64,000 nt of DNA from Nitrospirota bacterium (lineage in GTDB: Bacteria > Nitrospirota > UBA9217), in contig CAVTRN010000001.1 of assembly GCA_963737155.1 (NCBI GenBank), forward strand, positions 352,001-416,000, given 5' to 3'. Of the stretch, positions 10,837 to 21,594 are shown piece by piece. The notes under the pieces are model-generated. The model was not told the origin of the DNA. It saw only the letters and a list, made by a program, of their open reading frames with translations, and made no database searches. A program made the position numbers and the translations under genes. Position 1 is the first letter of the stretch. The number at the start of each line of letters is the position of its first letter.

Positions 10837-11278
10837 ATAACATCGTTCAAAATAGTTGACATCCTCTCCAGCATTTTGCCCGCCTCGTCGCGGATGTAAC
10901 TAATTAGGCAACCTATGCCACCGCCAACGAGTATTTTGGATCATTCACTATGGATCAGCCCCTCGATATTCCAAAGCTGCCAAAAGACTGCAAGCACATT
11001 ACCTAAAACATCGTATTCTTTCATGTTCCTCTTCTTTGGTGCTCAAGTCTCCGTCAATATCTCTTAAAAACCAAGCAAATACGACTCAGGATTAATCCAA
11101 AGAGTAATTCTTCAAGCAATCAATAAAATGCGACTGAACAATGTTGTGAGCAATAGTCCTGTGCGAGCGATGTCCTGAACTTTATGACGTCAGTATTTAC
11201 GCAAGCCTTGACACGCAAGCCTGGAACAACTTGCTTTTCAGGGATGAAGGTGTTACATTCCGTCAGGAAACGGAAATC

Positions 11279-12346
11279 ATGGGTTTTTCACGGTTAAATA
11301 TCAAGACATTGGCGCCCGAAGAACTCTGGGAAATTCTGAACCGACAGGGACTCAAGAAGTATCGCGCCGACCAGATATATAAGTGGCTGTATACCCATCA
11401 TGCCCAGTCCTTCGAGGAAATGACCAACATTGCAAAATCGGAACGAGAAATGCTGTCGCATATTTTCGATATCTCTGCTCCGTGCATTATCAGGACAGAA
11501 ACTTCGTCAGACGGCACGCGAAAGTTTCTCTTTAAACTTGATGATGGACACACTATCGAAAGCGTTCTGATTCCCGATGAAGACAGGCAAACACTTTGCA
11601 TCTCTTCCCAGGTGGGATGTCAGCAGGCATGCCGGTTCTGCCTGACCGGAAGCGGTGTCTTCACCCGTAATCTCAAAGCCTTCGAAATCGCCGATCAAGT
11701 GCTCGAAATCTCGCGTCTTCTGAAACAAAGAGCAACGCGAAGAATAACGAACATCGTGCTCATGGGCATGGGTGAGCCGCTCGCGAATTTAGAGGAAGTA
11801 GTCAAAGCACTCAAGATCATAACTTCGGAAAACGGGATGGGTTTCTCTCCCCGCCGCGTAACCGTATCGACCGCTGGCATTGCGCCGAAAATCGCAGAAT
11901 TCGGAAAGTGCGGAGTAAAGGCAAACCTCGCCGTGTCTCTGAATGCGACGACAGATGAGGTTCGTGATGAGATTATGCCCGTGAACCGGCGCTATCCGAT
12001 TCAAGCGCTTCTCGATGCCTGTAAGCGGTTTCCCTTGGAGCCGAGGCGGAGGATTACCTTCGAATATGTGCTGTTATTGGGGCTGAACGATTCTCCCGAC
12101 AATGCGCAACGGCTTGCTAAGCTGCTGGCCGGCATCAAGTGCAAAGTAAACCTCATTCCCTTTAATCCATTTCCGGGATGCGAGTTCAAAAGACCCGATG
12201 ATAGGGCGGTAAGGCGATTCCAGAAAATCCTGTTGGACCATCACTATACCGCGCCGGTGCGGGAGTCGAGAGGAAGGGATATCTCGGCCGCCTGCGGACA
12301 ATTGCGCCAGAAGGATTCGGCGGCAAAAACAGCAGAGAACAAGTAA
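11279..12346 (+). CDS. rlmN: 23S rRNA m2A2503 / tRNA dual-specificity radical SAM methyltransferase
   Basis: TLCISSQVGCQQACRFC, MGMGEPL, DISAACGQL; ATG 11279 preferred over TTG 11231. Confidence 0.96.
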   Translation: MGFSRLNIKTLAPEELWEILNRQGLKKYRADQIYKWLYTHHAQSFEEMTNIAKSEREMLSHIFDISAPCIIRTETSSDGTRKFLFKLDDGHTIESVLIPDEDRQTLCISSQVGCQQACRFCLTGSGVFTRNLKAFEIADQVLEISRLLKQRATRRITNIVLMGMGEPLANLEEVVKALKIITSENGMGFSPRRVTVSTAGIAPKIAEFGKCGVKANLAVSLNATTDEVRDEIMPVNRRYPIQALLDACKRFPLEPRRRITFEYVLLLGLNDSPDNAQRLAKLLAGIKCKVNLIPFNPFPGCEFKRPDDRAVRRFQKILLDHHYTAPVRESRGRDISAACGQLRQKDSAAKTAENK

Positions 12347-12818
12347 AGCTCAGGTTCAATCGCAGGAAATATCTCCGCGTGATTGACCACACGGCGTGAC
12401 TCTGAACCCGGCAAAGGGTCGATATGCGTCCCTATGCAAGAGCCGATATGTGCCCCCTGGTCAGGTGGCCATTTTCAGTTATTCGAGAACTTCCCTCATC
12501 GAGACTCCGTCCTCCTTCATCTCATTTCTAGAGTTCTTCCTCAGTCCCGATGAGATCAAGCCCCTGGGTCCCGGGGCCGCAGTCTTCTCCAGAACAGTGA
12601 CGCGCGAATAGTGCTCTATCATGTCCGGGTTGATTATCTTTCTCGCGCTTTTAAATTGTATATTTTACCTCAAGGGTATAGGAAACAATAAGCGCCGGAT
12701 AAACAGTGTCAGCCCAAAGCAGTACGGACAAGACAGATGGTACCGCTGAAAGCTAAAACCATACACAGCATCGACATGCCATTCCATCCTCGTTAGCAGT
12801 CATGGGAACATTGTGCAG

Positions 12819-13508
12819 ATCGGGTAGGAGGCGGGGTCGCCCCCGCCGTCCTCCCACACCACCGTACGTACGGTTCCGTATACGGCGGTTCATGGTAGAC
12901 TAATCAAGTCCAAGTTTTACGACTTGCGGTTTAGTGTTCTCCTCTGTCGCCGCGAACGCTTGGCGCTCCCTCTCCGTACTCTGACGGGTTCCGCCCGCTA
13001 CCATCCGGGAGTCCTCCGGCATCTCAGCCTTCTTGTGTGCGTCTCCTTCGTTCGTCGGGGCTTCGGCACCTTCCCGGCCTACCATGTTCGGCGCTTCATC
13101 CAGTTGGTTGCTGGACTACTACCGCCTCTGCTGACTTCTGTCGATTCATCTCAACACCTTACGGCATCGATAGCACAAGGCAAATCGATAGATCTCCCAG
13201 GGTAAGACGCATGACCTTCATCCCATATACCCGCCGCATCTACTTCCACACCTTCTGGATGGTTATCGGGCTTTGAGTATTATCGCCCTCTCGCCCAGAT
13301 GTGGCTGCCTCATATGCGGTTTCTGTTCGTCAGGCCGGGACTTTGCTTACAGCTTCCTTCAGATTCCGGGTCGCCCCGGACACCCTTGCTGTTCGGCTAA
13401 CGGTTCCTTCCATCAAGGCCCGTAGAGGACTTGCACCTCCGAGTCACCGTTCAGACACCATATCTGATCGGCCCGTACTAAAAATACAATGCGTCATGCC
13501 TGGCATAC
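12819..13508 (-). mobile_element. Group IIC intron RNA, ORF-less (IEP deleted), ~690 nt
   Basis: Minus strand starts GTATGCCAGGCATGACGC. It ends with domain V GAACCGCCGTATACGGAACCGTACGTACGGTGGTGT and domain VI ...CCTCCTACCCGAT. It lies 7 nt downstream of a terminator stem. Confidence 0.9.
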
Positions 13509-13511
13509 AAC

Positions 13512-13547
13512 AAAAAAGGACGAAAGATTGTACCGTCTTTCGTCCTT
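13512..13547 (-). terminator. Rho-independent terminator of the chemosensory operon (intron target hairpin)
   Basis: Perfect 12-bp stem AAGGACGAAAGA/TCTTTCGTCCTT followed by a T-tract, ~30 nt after the cheY stop. Confidence 0.85.
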
Positions 13548-13575
13548 CTCTCTATTTGTAATTAATTCTTTACGA

Positions 13576-13953
13576 TCACTTTTTCCCCAGTATCCCGTTC
13601 ACGACACCTAGGAGGTCTGCTGTTTGTATCGGCTTGGGGATATAGGCGTTGGCTCCCAGGGCCATGCCGCGCTTGCGGTCTTCCTCTGCGCCTTCAGTCG
13701 TTATAATGATGATAGGTATGGCCCTGTGCACCGGATCGTTCCGCACCATGGAGACGAGCTTCAGGCCGTCCATGATGGGCATGTTGATATCAGTCAGGAT
13801 GATGTCGAACTTGTGTGTCGAAAGCTTCTTAAGAGCATCGAGGCCGTCATTCGCCTCGATGATTTTGCATCCAGAAATGCGCCTTAACGCAAAGGAGATT
13901 AACTGACGCATCGTCGGAGAGTCTTCAACCACCAGAAAAGTATATTCGGGCAT
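13576..13953 (-). CDS. cheY: CheY-like single-domain response regulator
   Basis: VVEDS, LTDINMPIMDG, ITTE, KP. Confidence 0.9.
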   Translation of the reverse strand: MPEYTFLVVEDSPTMRQLISFALRRISGCKIIEANDGLDALKKLSTHKFDIILTDINMPIMDGLKLVSMVRNDPVHRAIPIIIITTEGAEEDRKRGMALGANAYIPKPIQTADLLGVVNGILGKK

Positions 13954-13966
13954 GAGTTAACCTCCG

Positions 13967-14794
13967 TTATTTTTCCTTGAGCAGGTCCAGAAAGCTTTGA
14001 ATCGTGGTGAGTTTACGCTCCGACTGCGAATAGAGCTTCGAGGAAAAGAGCGCCGTCGCCGCATGTCCCGCCAGCATGGAAAATAGTTCATAATCAACGT
14101 TCGTGAACGACTGCTTCTGAACTAGGAGCTTGTAGATGACAATGACGCCGATGACATGCTCCTTGATCTTGAGCGGGATGACAACAAGGGGGTGGAGATA
14201 GTCCACACCTGAAAGATTCGTGGGGTCTCCGTCTCGGTAAAAGGCCTCGCCGACTTTCGAGGCGGCGCCGATAATACCCTCACCCAACTTTATGCTGGCC
14301 CGCGCCTTGGGGCCCATGCCTTCCTGGGCGACGATCATCAGCTCATTGGTCTTCTCGTCGAGCATCATGATCGAGAACTCCTCGGCGCCGATCAGATTCA
14401 TGATAATCTCGAGAATGATCTTGAGAGACTCGTTGAAATCCAGCGTGGAGTGCAACTGGTAGCTTGCCACGTACAGGTTCGCGAGGTTGTTGTTCTCGGC
14501 TTCGACTTCAACATACCGGTGCGCGAAGTCCTTGTTCTCTTCTTCTACCAGCCGGTAGCGCTCGATAAGGCTCCGGTTTTCATCCTCCAAAAACTTAATG
14601 CGGTCTTCGAGGGAATGGACCTTGTAACTGCTTTCCCGGTCCGAAAACTTAGCCAAATCTTCAAGCTGGGCAAGACGGTACCTGAGCTTTTCGTTTTCTT
14701 TCAGAAGTTCCTGCGTGAACTCTTCGCCTTTTTTGAAAACCTGCAGAAACTCTTCGACTTTTTTCGAGATCGAAGCCGGTTCCTTCTCCATCAT
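13967..14794 (-). CDS. Coiled-coil + GAF domain protein
   Basis: N-terminal coiled coil; LGEGIIG..VVIPLK..VIGVI..FT..DYELFSMLAGHAATAL GAF signature. Confidence 0.85.
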   Translation of the reverse strand: MMEKEPASISKKVEEFLQVFKKGEEFTQELLKENEKLRYRLAQLEDLAKFSDRESSYKVHSLEDRIKFLEDENRSLIERYRLVEEENKDFAHRYVEVEAENNNLANLYVASYQLHSTLDFNESLKIILEIIMNLIGAEEFSIMMLDEKTNELMIVAQEGMGPKARASIKLGEGIIGAASKVGEAFYRDGDPTNLSGVDYLHPLVVIPLKIKEHVIGVIVIYKLLVQKQSFTNVDYELFSMLAGHAATALFSSKLYSQSERKLTTIQSFLDLLKEK

Positions 14795-14957
14795 ACCCTC
14801 CAGCTGCTGCTGTTCGTGAGGCCCCTGTTCCGATTGCTTCCCGTTGCCCGAAGCGGGCTGAATATTTTACGGAGAAACCATGGATCGACGTGATAAAATC
14901 CTTCAAGCGCAATCAATTATAATCGAGTCCGCAATAATTATCAAGCGAGATTTCCCC

Positions 14958-16034
14958 TCAGCTCTCCACGTTTTTCGGGTTACAGCGCGACTGTATCTCC
15001 GCCGCCATTTTGCCGAGTGGAAGCGCCTTGTCGACGGCTCCCGTCCGCATGGCCTCTTGTGGCATTCCGAAGATCACCGCGCTTTCCTCACTCTCGGCAA
15101 GGCATTGACCTCCTCTCCGCTTCATGGCCACGACACCCTCGGCTCCATCCCTGCCCATTCCCGTCAACACGATTCCGAGTGCCATTGGGCCGCAGGCTTC
15201 GGCAACGGATATCATCATGCGGTCGGCCGATGGCGTATAGATGTCCTCGGCGGTGGGGGAAAGGATTCTGGCGACAAGGCCCTTCTGGTCCCGCCTGATC
15301 TCAAGATGCAATCCGCCCGGGGCGATCAGCGCCGTTCCCGCCTCCACGCGGTCGCCTTCGGCTGCTTCGCGCACCATGAGTGCCGAAAGCTTGTTCAAGC
15401 GCTCGGCAAAACTCCGCGTAAACCCCGCCGGCATGTGCTGGGCTATAACAATGCCCGCGCTGAGGTCCGCGGGAATGCGGGTCAGAATCGCTTGGAGAGC
15501 GGGCGGTCCGCCCGTAGAAGAAGCTATGGCGACAATCTCTATCGGCCCCTGATCCCGTCTTACCTCGTCTTCTTTGCGGGCGACGGGCACCGCATGCTCC
15601 TGGGACAGCAGGTCGATCGTCGACTTGACTTTCGACATTTTAAGATTGAGTACCAGATGGACCTTATGCAACAGGCCGTCTCTGACGGTTTCAATGCTCC
15701 GGGAGATGCGCGATTCGGGTTTGGCCAGAAACTCCACGGCCCCGAGCTCAAGGGCACGGAAGACGCTTCGGCTATCGGACCGCGAGGAAAGGACGATAAC
15801 TGGAGTTGGACGCTCCCTCATGAGCCAACGCAAAAAGGTGAAGCCGTCCATATTTGGCATCTCAAGGTCAAGTGTGATCACCTGCGGCGAAAGCCGAAGT
15901 GTCTGGGCAATGGCGTCGAGACCATCAGTGGCGTTGCCCACGACCTCGATCGCTTTATCGCTCTCCAGCATATGGGTGATCACTGAGCGGTTGTAGGCGG
16001 AGTCGTCAACCACCAGCGCTTTTATCTTATCCAT
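14958..16034 (-). CDS. cheB: Chemotaxis methylesterase (REC + CheB)
   Basis: REC domain, ASSTGGP, AQHMP, LTGMGRDG, IFGMP. Confidence 0.96.
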   Translation of the reverse strand: MDKIKALVVDDSAYNRSVITHMLESDKAIEVVGNATDGLDAIAQTLRLSPQVITLDLEMPNMDGFTFLRWLMRERPTPVIVLSSRSDSRSVFRALELGAVEFLAKPESRISRSIETVRDGLLHKVHLVLNLKMSKVKSTIDLLSQEHAVPVARKEDEVRRDQGPIEIVAIASSTGGPPALQAILTRIPADLSAGIVIAQHMPAGFTRSFAERLNKLSALMVREAAEGDRVEAGTALIAPGGLHLEIRRDQKGLVARILSPTAEDIYTPSADRMMISVAEACGPMALGIVLTGMGRDGAEGVVAMKRRGGQCLAESEESAVIFGMPQEAMRTGAVDKALPLGKMAAEIQSRCNPKNVES

Positions 16035-16063
16035 AAGTCCTCTGCGCCCCGTGCGGGCCGCCG

Positions 16064-16927
16064 CTAGCTGATTTTGCTCCGGAACGGTTTCTGGTAGACC
16101 ATGTCGTTCTTTAGCGTACGCAACACAAATGCGTTCGATATGTTGATCAGGGATTCGGAATGTCCCAAGAGCAGGTAGCCGCCCTCCCGTAGCTTGTGGT
16201 AAAAGCTCTCGATCACCTTTTTCTTTGCTTCATGGTCGAAATAGATGATCACGTTCCGGCAGAAAACCGTGTCCATGTTGCTGATCAGACTCGTTTTGAA
16301 TGGGTCGAGCAGGTTCAGGCAGCTGAACGATACCAGCTCCTTGACCTTGTCGATGATCCGGTAGTCTCCCTTCTCGTCGCACGCGAAATACTTTGACAGC
16401 ATTTCGGGGCTGGTTGCGCGAAAGGCGCTCTTTTTGTACACACCTTTGCGCGCTGTGTGCAGCACCCGCTGGTTGATGTCGCTGCCGAGAATCTCGACCT
16501 GCCATTCGCGCCACCAGTCTCCGGATTCAAGCAGCAGCATGGCGATGGTGTACGGCTCTTCACCGGTGGAACAGCCGGCGCTCCAGATCCGGAGCACTTT
16601 TCGGTCAGCAAGCGCGTGGCGCAGCTCGGGAAGGATTTCTGAAGAGAAGGCCTTGAGTTGGGGGCTCTCGCGGAAGAAATACGTTTCGTTCGTGGTGAGA
16701 TTGTCGATAAGGATAACAAGCTCTTCTTCGCGTTTTCGATCATACTTCAGGAAGTGATAATACTCCTCGAAAGTTTTCAGTCGGTGCTGATCAAGTCGGC
16801 GAGAAAGCCTGCGCTCCAGAAGGTATTTTGATCCCTCATCAAAATAGATCCCGCAGTAGTCGTGAATGAAGTCCCGGAGAAGTCTGAAGACGTCATCGGG
16901 CAGCGGAATAATCTGCTCTTCGAACAT
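16064..16927 (-). CDS. cheR: Chemotaxis methyltransferase
   Basis: TTNETYFFRE, IWSAGCSTGEEPY, CRNVIIYF, LGHSE. Confidence 0.96.
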   Translation of the reverse strand: MFEEQIIPLPDDVFRLLRDFIHDYCGIYFDEGSKYLLERRLSRRLDQHRLKTFEEYYHFLKYDRKREEELVILIDNLTTNETYFFRESPQLKAFSSEILPELRHALADRKVLRIWSAGCSTGEEPYTIAMLLLESGDWWREWQVEILGSDINQRVLHTARKGVYKKSAFRATSPEMLSKYFACDEKGDYRIIDKVKELVSFSCLNLLDPFKTSLISNMDTVFCRNVIIYFDHEAKKKVIESFYHKLREGGYLLLGHSESLINISNAFVLRTLKNDMVYQKPFRSKIS

Positions 16928-18916
16928 TTATCTCCCCAGGACCTCTCTGGATGCCTGACGCACGGTCATGTCCGGGTCTTCATCGGCCATCTTTGCCAGA
17001 ACCGCATCGGCCGCAGCCGATCGCTGCCGCCTCAGCGCTTCAACAGCCGTTTTGCGCACGCTCCAGTGGGGGTCCGACAAACGCGCAATAACAGCCTCCT
17101 GAACAGACTCGCCATATCCAGCCAGTGCCATGAGTACCATCTTCCGTACTTCTGGATCAGGATGATCAGCGAGCTTCAGGAGCGGCTCCCGAGCCTTCGA
17201 AGGACTGAGTCTGCCCAGCACATCCACAATTGCCAGGAGAAATATATCGGTTGCAGTCTCAAGATGTGCGACCAGTGTGTCGACCGCCTGTTCTCCTCCT
17301 ATTTCACCGAGCCCCCGGGTTGCTGCGGCTCGGACCCAGATATCTCTGTCATTGAGAAGCGGAAGCAGTGCGGTCCAGGCCCCGGCAGTCCTGCTTCTGC
17401 CCAGTGCCTCTGCCGCGAGCATTCTCACCTCGGGGTCGTCGTCGGTAATCGCGAGCAGCAGCGGGCGCAATGCTTTTTCTCCAGCCACGTCGGCCAAGGC
17501 CTGAACAACGGCTTTTCTCACGGAAGATTCCTCGTCTTTGAGTGCAAAGGCCAGCGCATCAATCGACCGTTCGTTCGAAAAAGCTCCAAGCAGGAGCGCT
17601 ATGTTCCTTCTAATAAATGTATCGCGCGTCGAAAAATCATGGACAAGACGGTCCAGCACTGACTCGTCTCCAATAGCGGCCAGAGCCTGGATGGCTGATT
17701 TCTGAACGCTTTCATATTCATCAGCCAGGAGCGCGAGCAGTGGTACTGATGCTTTTCTGCTTCGCAGGCGGCCGAGAGCGAGCGCGGCTGTGCTCCGCAC
17801 GTGACCGTTTTCATCATTCAACAAAGTGATCAGCGGTTCTTCCGCAGCCCGTGCGCCAAGATCTCCAAGAACCTGTGCAACCGTTCGGCGGACAAGTGCA
17901 TTTTCATCGGGGATATATTTTAGCAGGAGCGCGGTTCCTGCGCGGTCGAGATATTGTAACGATTGAACAACGGGCTCCTCAAGCTCCTCCTCCGTCAGAA
18001 ATGCAAGAAGCTTTCGGATGGAACTTTCCCTGCTGGTCCAACCAAGGAGTGTGATCGTAGACTTCAGCAATTCACCGCTGCTCATGAGGAGGATTTCCTC
18101 CAGGAAATCCACGGCACGCTCCGTCATCCCGGCACGCACCGCGTCGACGATTTTCCGCCGATCAGTCGCTGTGCTCTTTCGGTAAATCGCGTCAATAGCA
18201 ACGATCGATACTTCTCGCACAATCCTGAGCGGATCAGCAAGGCCGCTGACCATCGGTCCGATCGTTTCGACGTTACCGATCCTGCCGAGCGATTCAAGAA
18301 CCGGCTCCCGGAGACTGCTCCGCGACAGAGCCATGAGGAGCGGTCCCAGCGCCCGTCTATCGCCGATGGCGCCCAGCGCCTCCGCCGCCGCATAATCAAG
18401 CCAGTTCTGGTGAGAACGGACAAGGCAGGCAAGCAGGGCATCGACGGCCCGCGGGTCCCGGATTTTGCCAAGGGCCTCTGCTGACGCCACCCGGACGTTC
18501 TCGTCATCATCGGCTAGCATGTTGATGAGCACAGGAACGGCGCGGGAATCCATGATAACGCCCAGAATATCGACTACAAACTTTCGTACATCGGGATCGG
18601 GTGTTTCCACGGACCGAAGCAGGCTATCGACAGCTGGCCCTCCGATGTGAATGAGAGCCTCAATGGCTGAGTTGCGCATACCAGCATTTTCGGGAGCGTT
18701 GAGCGCGTGCAGTAGCCCATCAATAACGTGCAATCCCCCGAACGACACCAGCGCCTCAACAGCAGTCTTCCGCACCCGCCAATCGGCATCTTCCATGGCG
18801 CGGAAGAGCAGGGGCACTGCTTCGGCCCCTAGACGACCCAAATCGACCGCCGCTTCTCGACGCTCTTCGGCATCGCTGCTTCCGAGTTTGTTCCCTAGCT
18901 GCTCAATATTCGGCAT
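16928..18916 (-). CDS. HEAT/PBS-lyase repeat protein
   Basis: Many ~31-aa repeats of the form L.D.D..VR..AA.ALG.I. Confidence 0.9.
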   Translation of the reverse strand: MPNIEQLGNKLGSSDAEERREAAVDLGRLGAEAVPLLFRAMEDADWRVRKTAVEALVSFGGLHVIDGLLHALNAPENAGMRNSAIEALIHIGGPAVDSLLRSVETPDPDVRKFVVDILGVIMDSRAVPVLINMLADDDENVRVASAEALGKIRDPRAVDALLACLVRSHQNWLDYAAAEALGAIGDRRALGPLLMALSRSSLREPVLESLGRIGNVETIGPMVSGLADPLRIVREVSIVAIDAIYRKSTATDRRKIVDAVRAGMTERAVDFLEEILLMSSGELLKSTITLLGWTSRESSIRKLLAFLTEEELEEPVVQSLQYLDRAGTALLLKYIPDENALVRRTVAQVLGDLGARAAEEPLITLLNDENGHVRSTAALALGRLRSRKASVPLLALLADEYESVQKSAIQALAAIGDESVLDRLVHDFSTRDTFIRRNIALLLGAFSNERSIDALAFALKDEESSVRKAVVQALADVAGEKALRPLLLAITDDDPEVRMLAAEALGRSRTAGAWTALLPLLNDRDIWVRAAATRGLGEIGGEQAVDTLVAHLETATDIFLLAIVDVLGRLSPSKAREPLLKLADHPDPEVRKMVLMALAGYGESVQEAVIARLSDPHWSVRKTAVEALRRQRSAAADAVLAKMADEDPDMTVRQASREVLGR

Positions 18917-19442
18917 GTCCTGCCTCCTCCAGTGCCGAACGTTCCTGCTGGTTCAGAATTTTGGCGATATCCACGATAATAATGAGCCGTTCGCCCATCT
19001 TGCCCATGCCGCTGATGAAATCGACCTGTTCGCCGGTGGCCGCCCCCGGAGGTGGTGCGATCTCTTTCCGGGGTATATGCAGTACTTCCTGAGCGCCGTC
19101 CACGACAAGGCCCAGCAGTTCCCTCTCGCGTAGTCCTGCGGCTGGAATGGCACCTTTCGTAATCAGCATGCGCATTTTCCGCGGCTCATTGCGGATCTCC
19201 TCGAGGGCAAAGCGCTTCCGAAGATCAACAATGGGAATAATGACACCGCGAAGATTGACCACGCCCTCGATGAACTTAGGCATCCGGGGAAGGGGTGTTA
19301 TCTTTTGTGGACGAACAACCTCGGTAATTGCATGGATATCCAGTCCGTATTCCACGGATCCGACGTGGAAGGTCACGATCTGTACAATGTCTTCAATGAC
19401 CGCTGCAGCTTTTTTTTCTCTTTTTTGCAATGCGCTTCCCAT
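18903..19442 (-). CDS. cheW: CheW coupling protein
   Basis: ITPLP..GVVNLRGVIIPIVDL, GLVVD. Confidence 0.93.
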   Translation of the reverse strand: MGSALQKREKKAAAVIEDIVQIVTFHVGSVEYGLDIHAITEVVRPQKITPLPRMPKFIEGVVNLRGVIIPIVDLRKRFALEEIRNEPRKMRMLITKGAIPAAGLRERELLGLVVDGAQEVLHIPRKEIAPPPGAATGEQVDFISGMGKMGERLIIIVDIAKILNQQERSALEEAGHAEY

Positions 19443-19467
19443 GAGCCTTGCCCCGAACCCCAGTCTT

Positions 19468-21594
19468 TCATGTTCTGAATTTTTCGATTTCCTTCTTGAG
19501 CTTCTCCGATTGAATGGCCATCACATCCATCGCCATATGCAGACCTGAGGCCAAGTCCGCGTTCGCTCGTGCGATATTCTTGATACGCTCGATAGCCTTC
19601 ACGATCATGTCGCTTCCCGCTTGTACTTCGCCGGTAGCCCGGCTTACCATGCTGATCTTGCCGTTCATGTTTTCCGCGGCAACGGTGATGTTTTTGCTCT
19701 CCTTGGTCTGCTCCTCCGTCGAGCCGACGACAAGACGTGTCAATTCACGCATTCGATGCGCCGCGCGCGTGATTTGTTCACTGCCGGACTTCTGCTCCTG
19801 CGCGGCTTTCGCGATCTGGTGGGTCATCTCATTAATTTTGTCCACGGCATCGCTCACTTTCCTGATGCCCCTGGCCTGCTCACTCGCCGCCTTGTTAATG
19901 TTCTTGCTCATATCGCGGGAGACATTGGCGCGCTCCCTGATTTTTTCGAGTGCTTTCCGGGTGTCGCGCGCGAGCCGCACACCCTCTTCGACCATGGACA
20001 CCTCTTCCCGCATGACCCCAACTGCATCCCGCGTCTCTTCCTGGACGGAGCCGATCAACGCGGTGATTTCCTTCGTTGACGCAGCTGTCCGGTTTGCCAA
20101 CTCGCGGACCTCCGCGGCAACAACGGCGAATCCCCTGCCGTGCTCCCCTGCCTGCGCCGCGAGGATCGCTGCATTAAGCGCCAGAAGTCCGGTCTGGTCC
20201 GTGATGTCCTCGATCACGGTCAGGATGGTACCAATGCTTTCGGCACGCTCGCCCAGGCGGTTTATTACGTCCGCCGTGCGCCGCACCGTGGACTCGATCC
20301 GGTTCATTCCGTCGATGGTCTTTTCGATGGAACGCATGCCGAGCTGCTGAGCATCGGCCGCAACAGCTTCCGCCAAGGAAGCCGACTCATTCGCGTGGCT
20401 TTCCACTTCCTTCACCGATGCGCTAATCTCTGATGCCGAAGCCGCGGTTTCCTCCGCAGCGGTGGAAAGGACCTCAACATTCTCGGCAATCTGGCGCATG
20501 GCTGCGGACATCTGCGTGATTGCCGCCGAGGTCTCCTCGATGGACGACGACAACTCGGACATGGTCCGCGCAACTTCGTGGATCGAGGTCACCATCTCAA
20601 CGATGGCGGAGGATGTCTGCTCGGAGGTCATGGAGAGATCGTTGACACTCCCCACTATCTCCTTGAGGGAAAAATGCATCTCATTAACCGACGATGCCGC
20701 CTCCTCCACGGATTCCGCCTGCACTTTGCTGCCCGACGATATTTCCCCGGCAATCTCCTTGACCCCTTTCCAGACCTCGTCGGTTTTTCCAGAGGCTTCC
20801 CTCACGTTCGCGATCATCCCCTTAAGCCCGATGATCATGCGGTTCAATCCTCTCCCGAGCATGCCGATCTCGTCCACGGAGGACACATGGAAGCTCTGCG
20901 ATAGATCGCCGGATGCAACATTCGACGCCACAGCCACCGCTTCCGTCGTCGGAATGACGATCTTTTTCCGCACCATCAGGTAGATCATGGCTGCGATTAC
21001 GAGAATGATCAGCAGGCTGGTCGCCGCCAGAATTAGGACGATCCCGATCGTTTCCCTTCGGACGGCCATCCGCGAGAAACCCATGGTGACCGAGCCAAGC
21101 CGGGTGTTCCCCATTTTAACGTCGACCAGCACCTCGATTGGGTCCAGTTTGACTCGCGCATGCGCCACAAGGACGGACATATCATCTGATGGCTCCTGCT
21201 TCAGGAAGCTTTTTACTTCCGGGCGGGTCATGTTGAAGCTCGTATAGGCACTGTTCAGGATCGTGTTCCCGGAATCCTCGACATAGGTGTAGAGCACGTC
21301 CTTGGCTTTGCCCGCTTCGGCCACGAGACTGTCGAGCGCCGTAAGGTCCCGGTGAAGCAATGGATCGGTGCTGGCATGCCCCAGGAACTGCCCCATCTCC
21401 TTGCCGCGTGTTTCCAGCGCCGCGTACTGTACTCTCATCATGATACGGGCAACGAAAATAGTTCCTATCAACATGATGACAGAAACAACGATAGTCATGG
21501 TGATCACCAGCTTGTACGCCACGCTGGCATCGATGGGGTCCCAGATAGCTCGTCTGAGCCTCTCACGGAAAAGCATTTTGCTTTTCTCCGTCAT
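19468..21594 (-). CDS. Methyl-accepting chemotaxis protein (long signalling domain)
   Basis: 2 TM, HAMP (DEIGML), [27 protein letters not shown] hairpin tip. Confidence 0.95.
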   Translation of the reverse strand: MTEKSKMLFRERLRRAIWDPIDASVAYKLVITMTIVVSVIMLIGTIFVARIMMRVQYAALETRGKEMGQFLGHASTDPLLHRDLTALDSLVAEAGKAKDVLYTYVEDSGNTILNSAYTSFNMTRPEVKSFLKQEPSDDMSVLVAHARVKLDPIEVLVDVKMGNTRLGSVTMGFSRMAVRRETIGIVLILAATSLLIILVIAAMIYLMVRKKIVIPTTEAVAVASNVASGDLSQSFHVSSVDEIGMLGRGLNRMIIGLKGMIANVREASGKTDEVWKGVKEIAGEISSGSKVQAESVEEAASSVNEMHFSLKEIVGSVNDLSMTSEQTSSAIVEMVTSIHEVARTMSELSSSIEETSAAITQMSAAMRQIAENVEVLSTAAEETAASASEISASVKEVESHANESASLAEAVAADAQQLGMRSIEKTIDGMNRIESTVRRTADVINRLGERAESIGTILTVIEDITDQTGLLALNAAILAAQAGEHGRGFAVVAAEVRELANRTAASTKEITALIGSVQEETRDAVGVMREEVSMVEEGVRLARDTRKALEKIRERANVSRDMSKNINKAASEQARGIRKVSDAVDKINEMTHQIAKAAQEQKSGSEQITRAAHRMRELTRLVVGSTEEQTKESKNITVAAENMNGKISMVSRATGEVQAGSDMIVKAIERIKNIARANADLASGLHMAMDVMAIQSEKLKKEIEKFRT

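Noticed and set aside
12900-13561. ORFs 12900-13085, 12924-13205, 13037-13276 and 13301-13561 as genes
   Set aside because: They lie within intron RNA; only a non-functional IEP stub is real.
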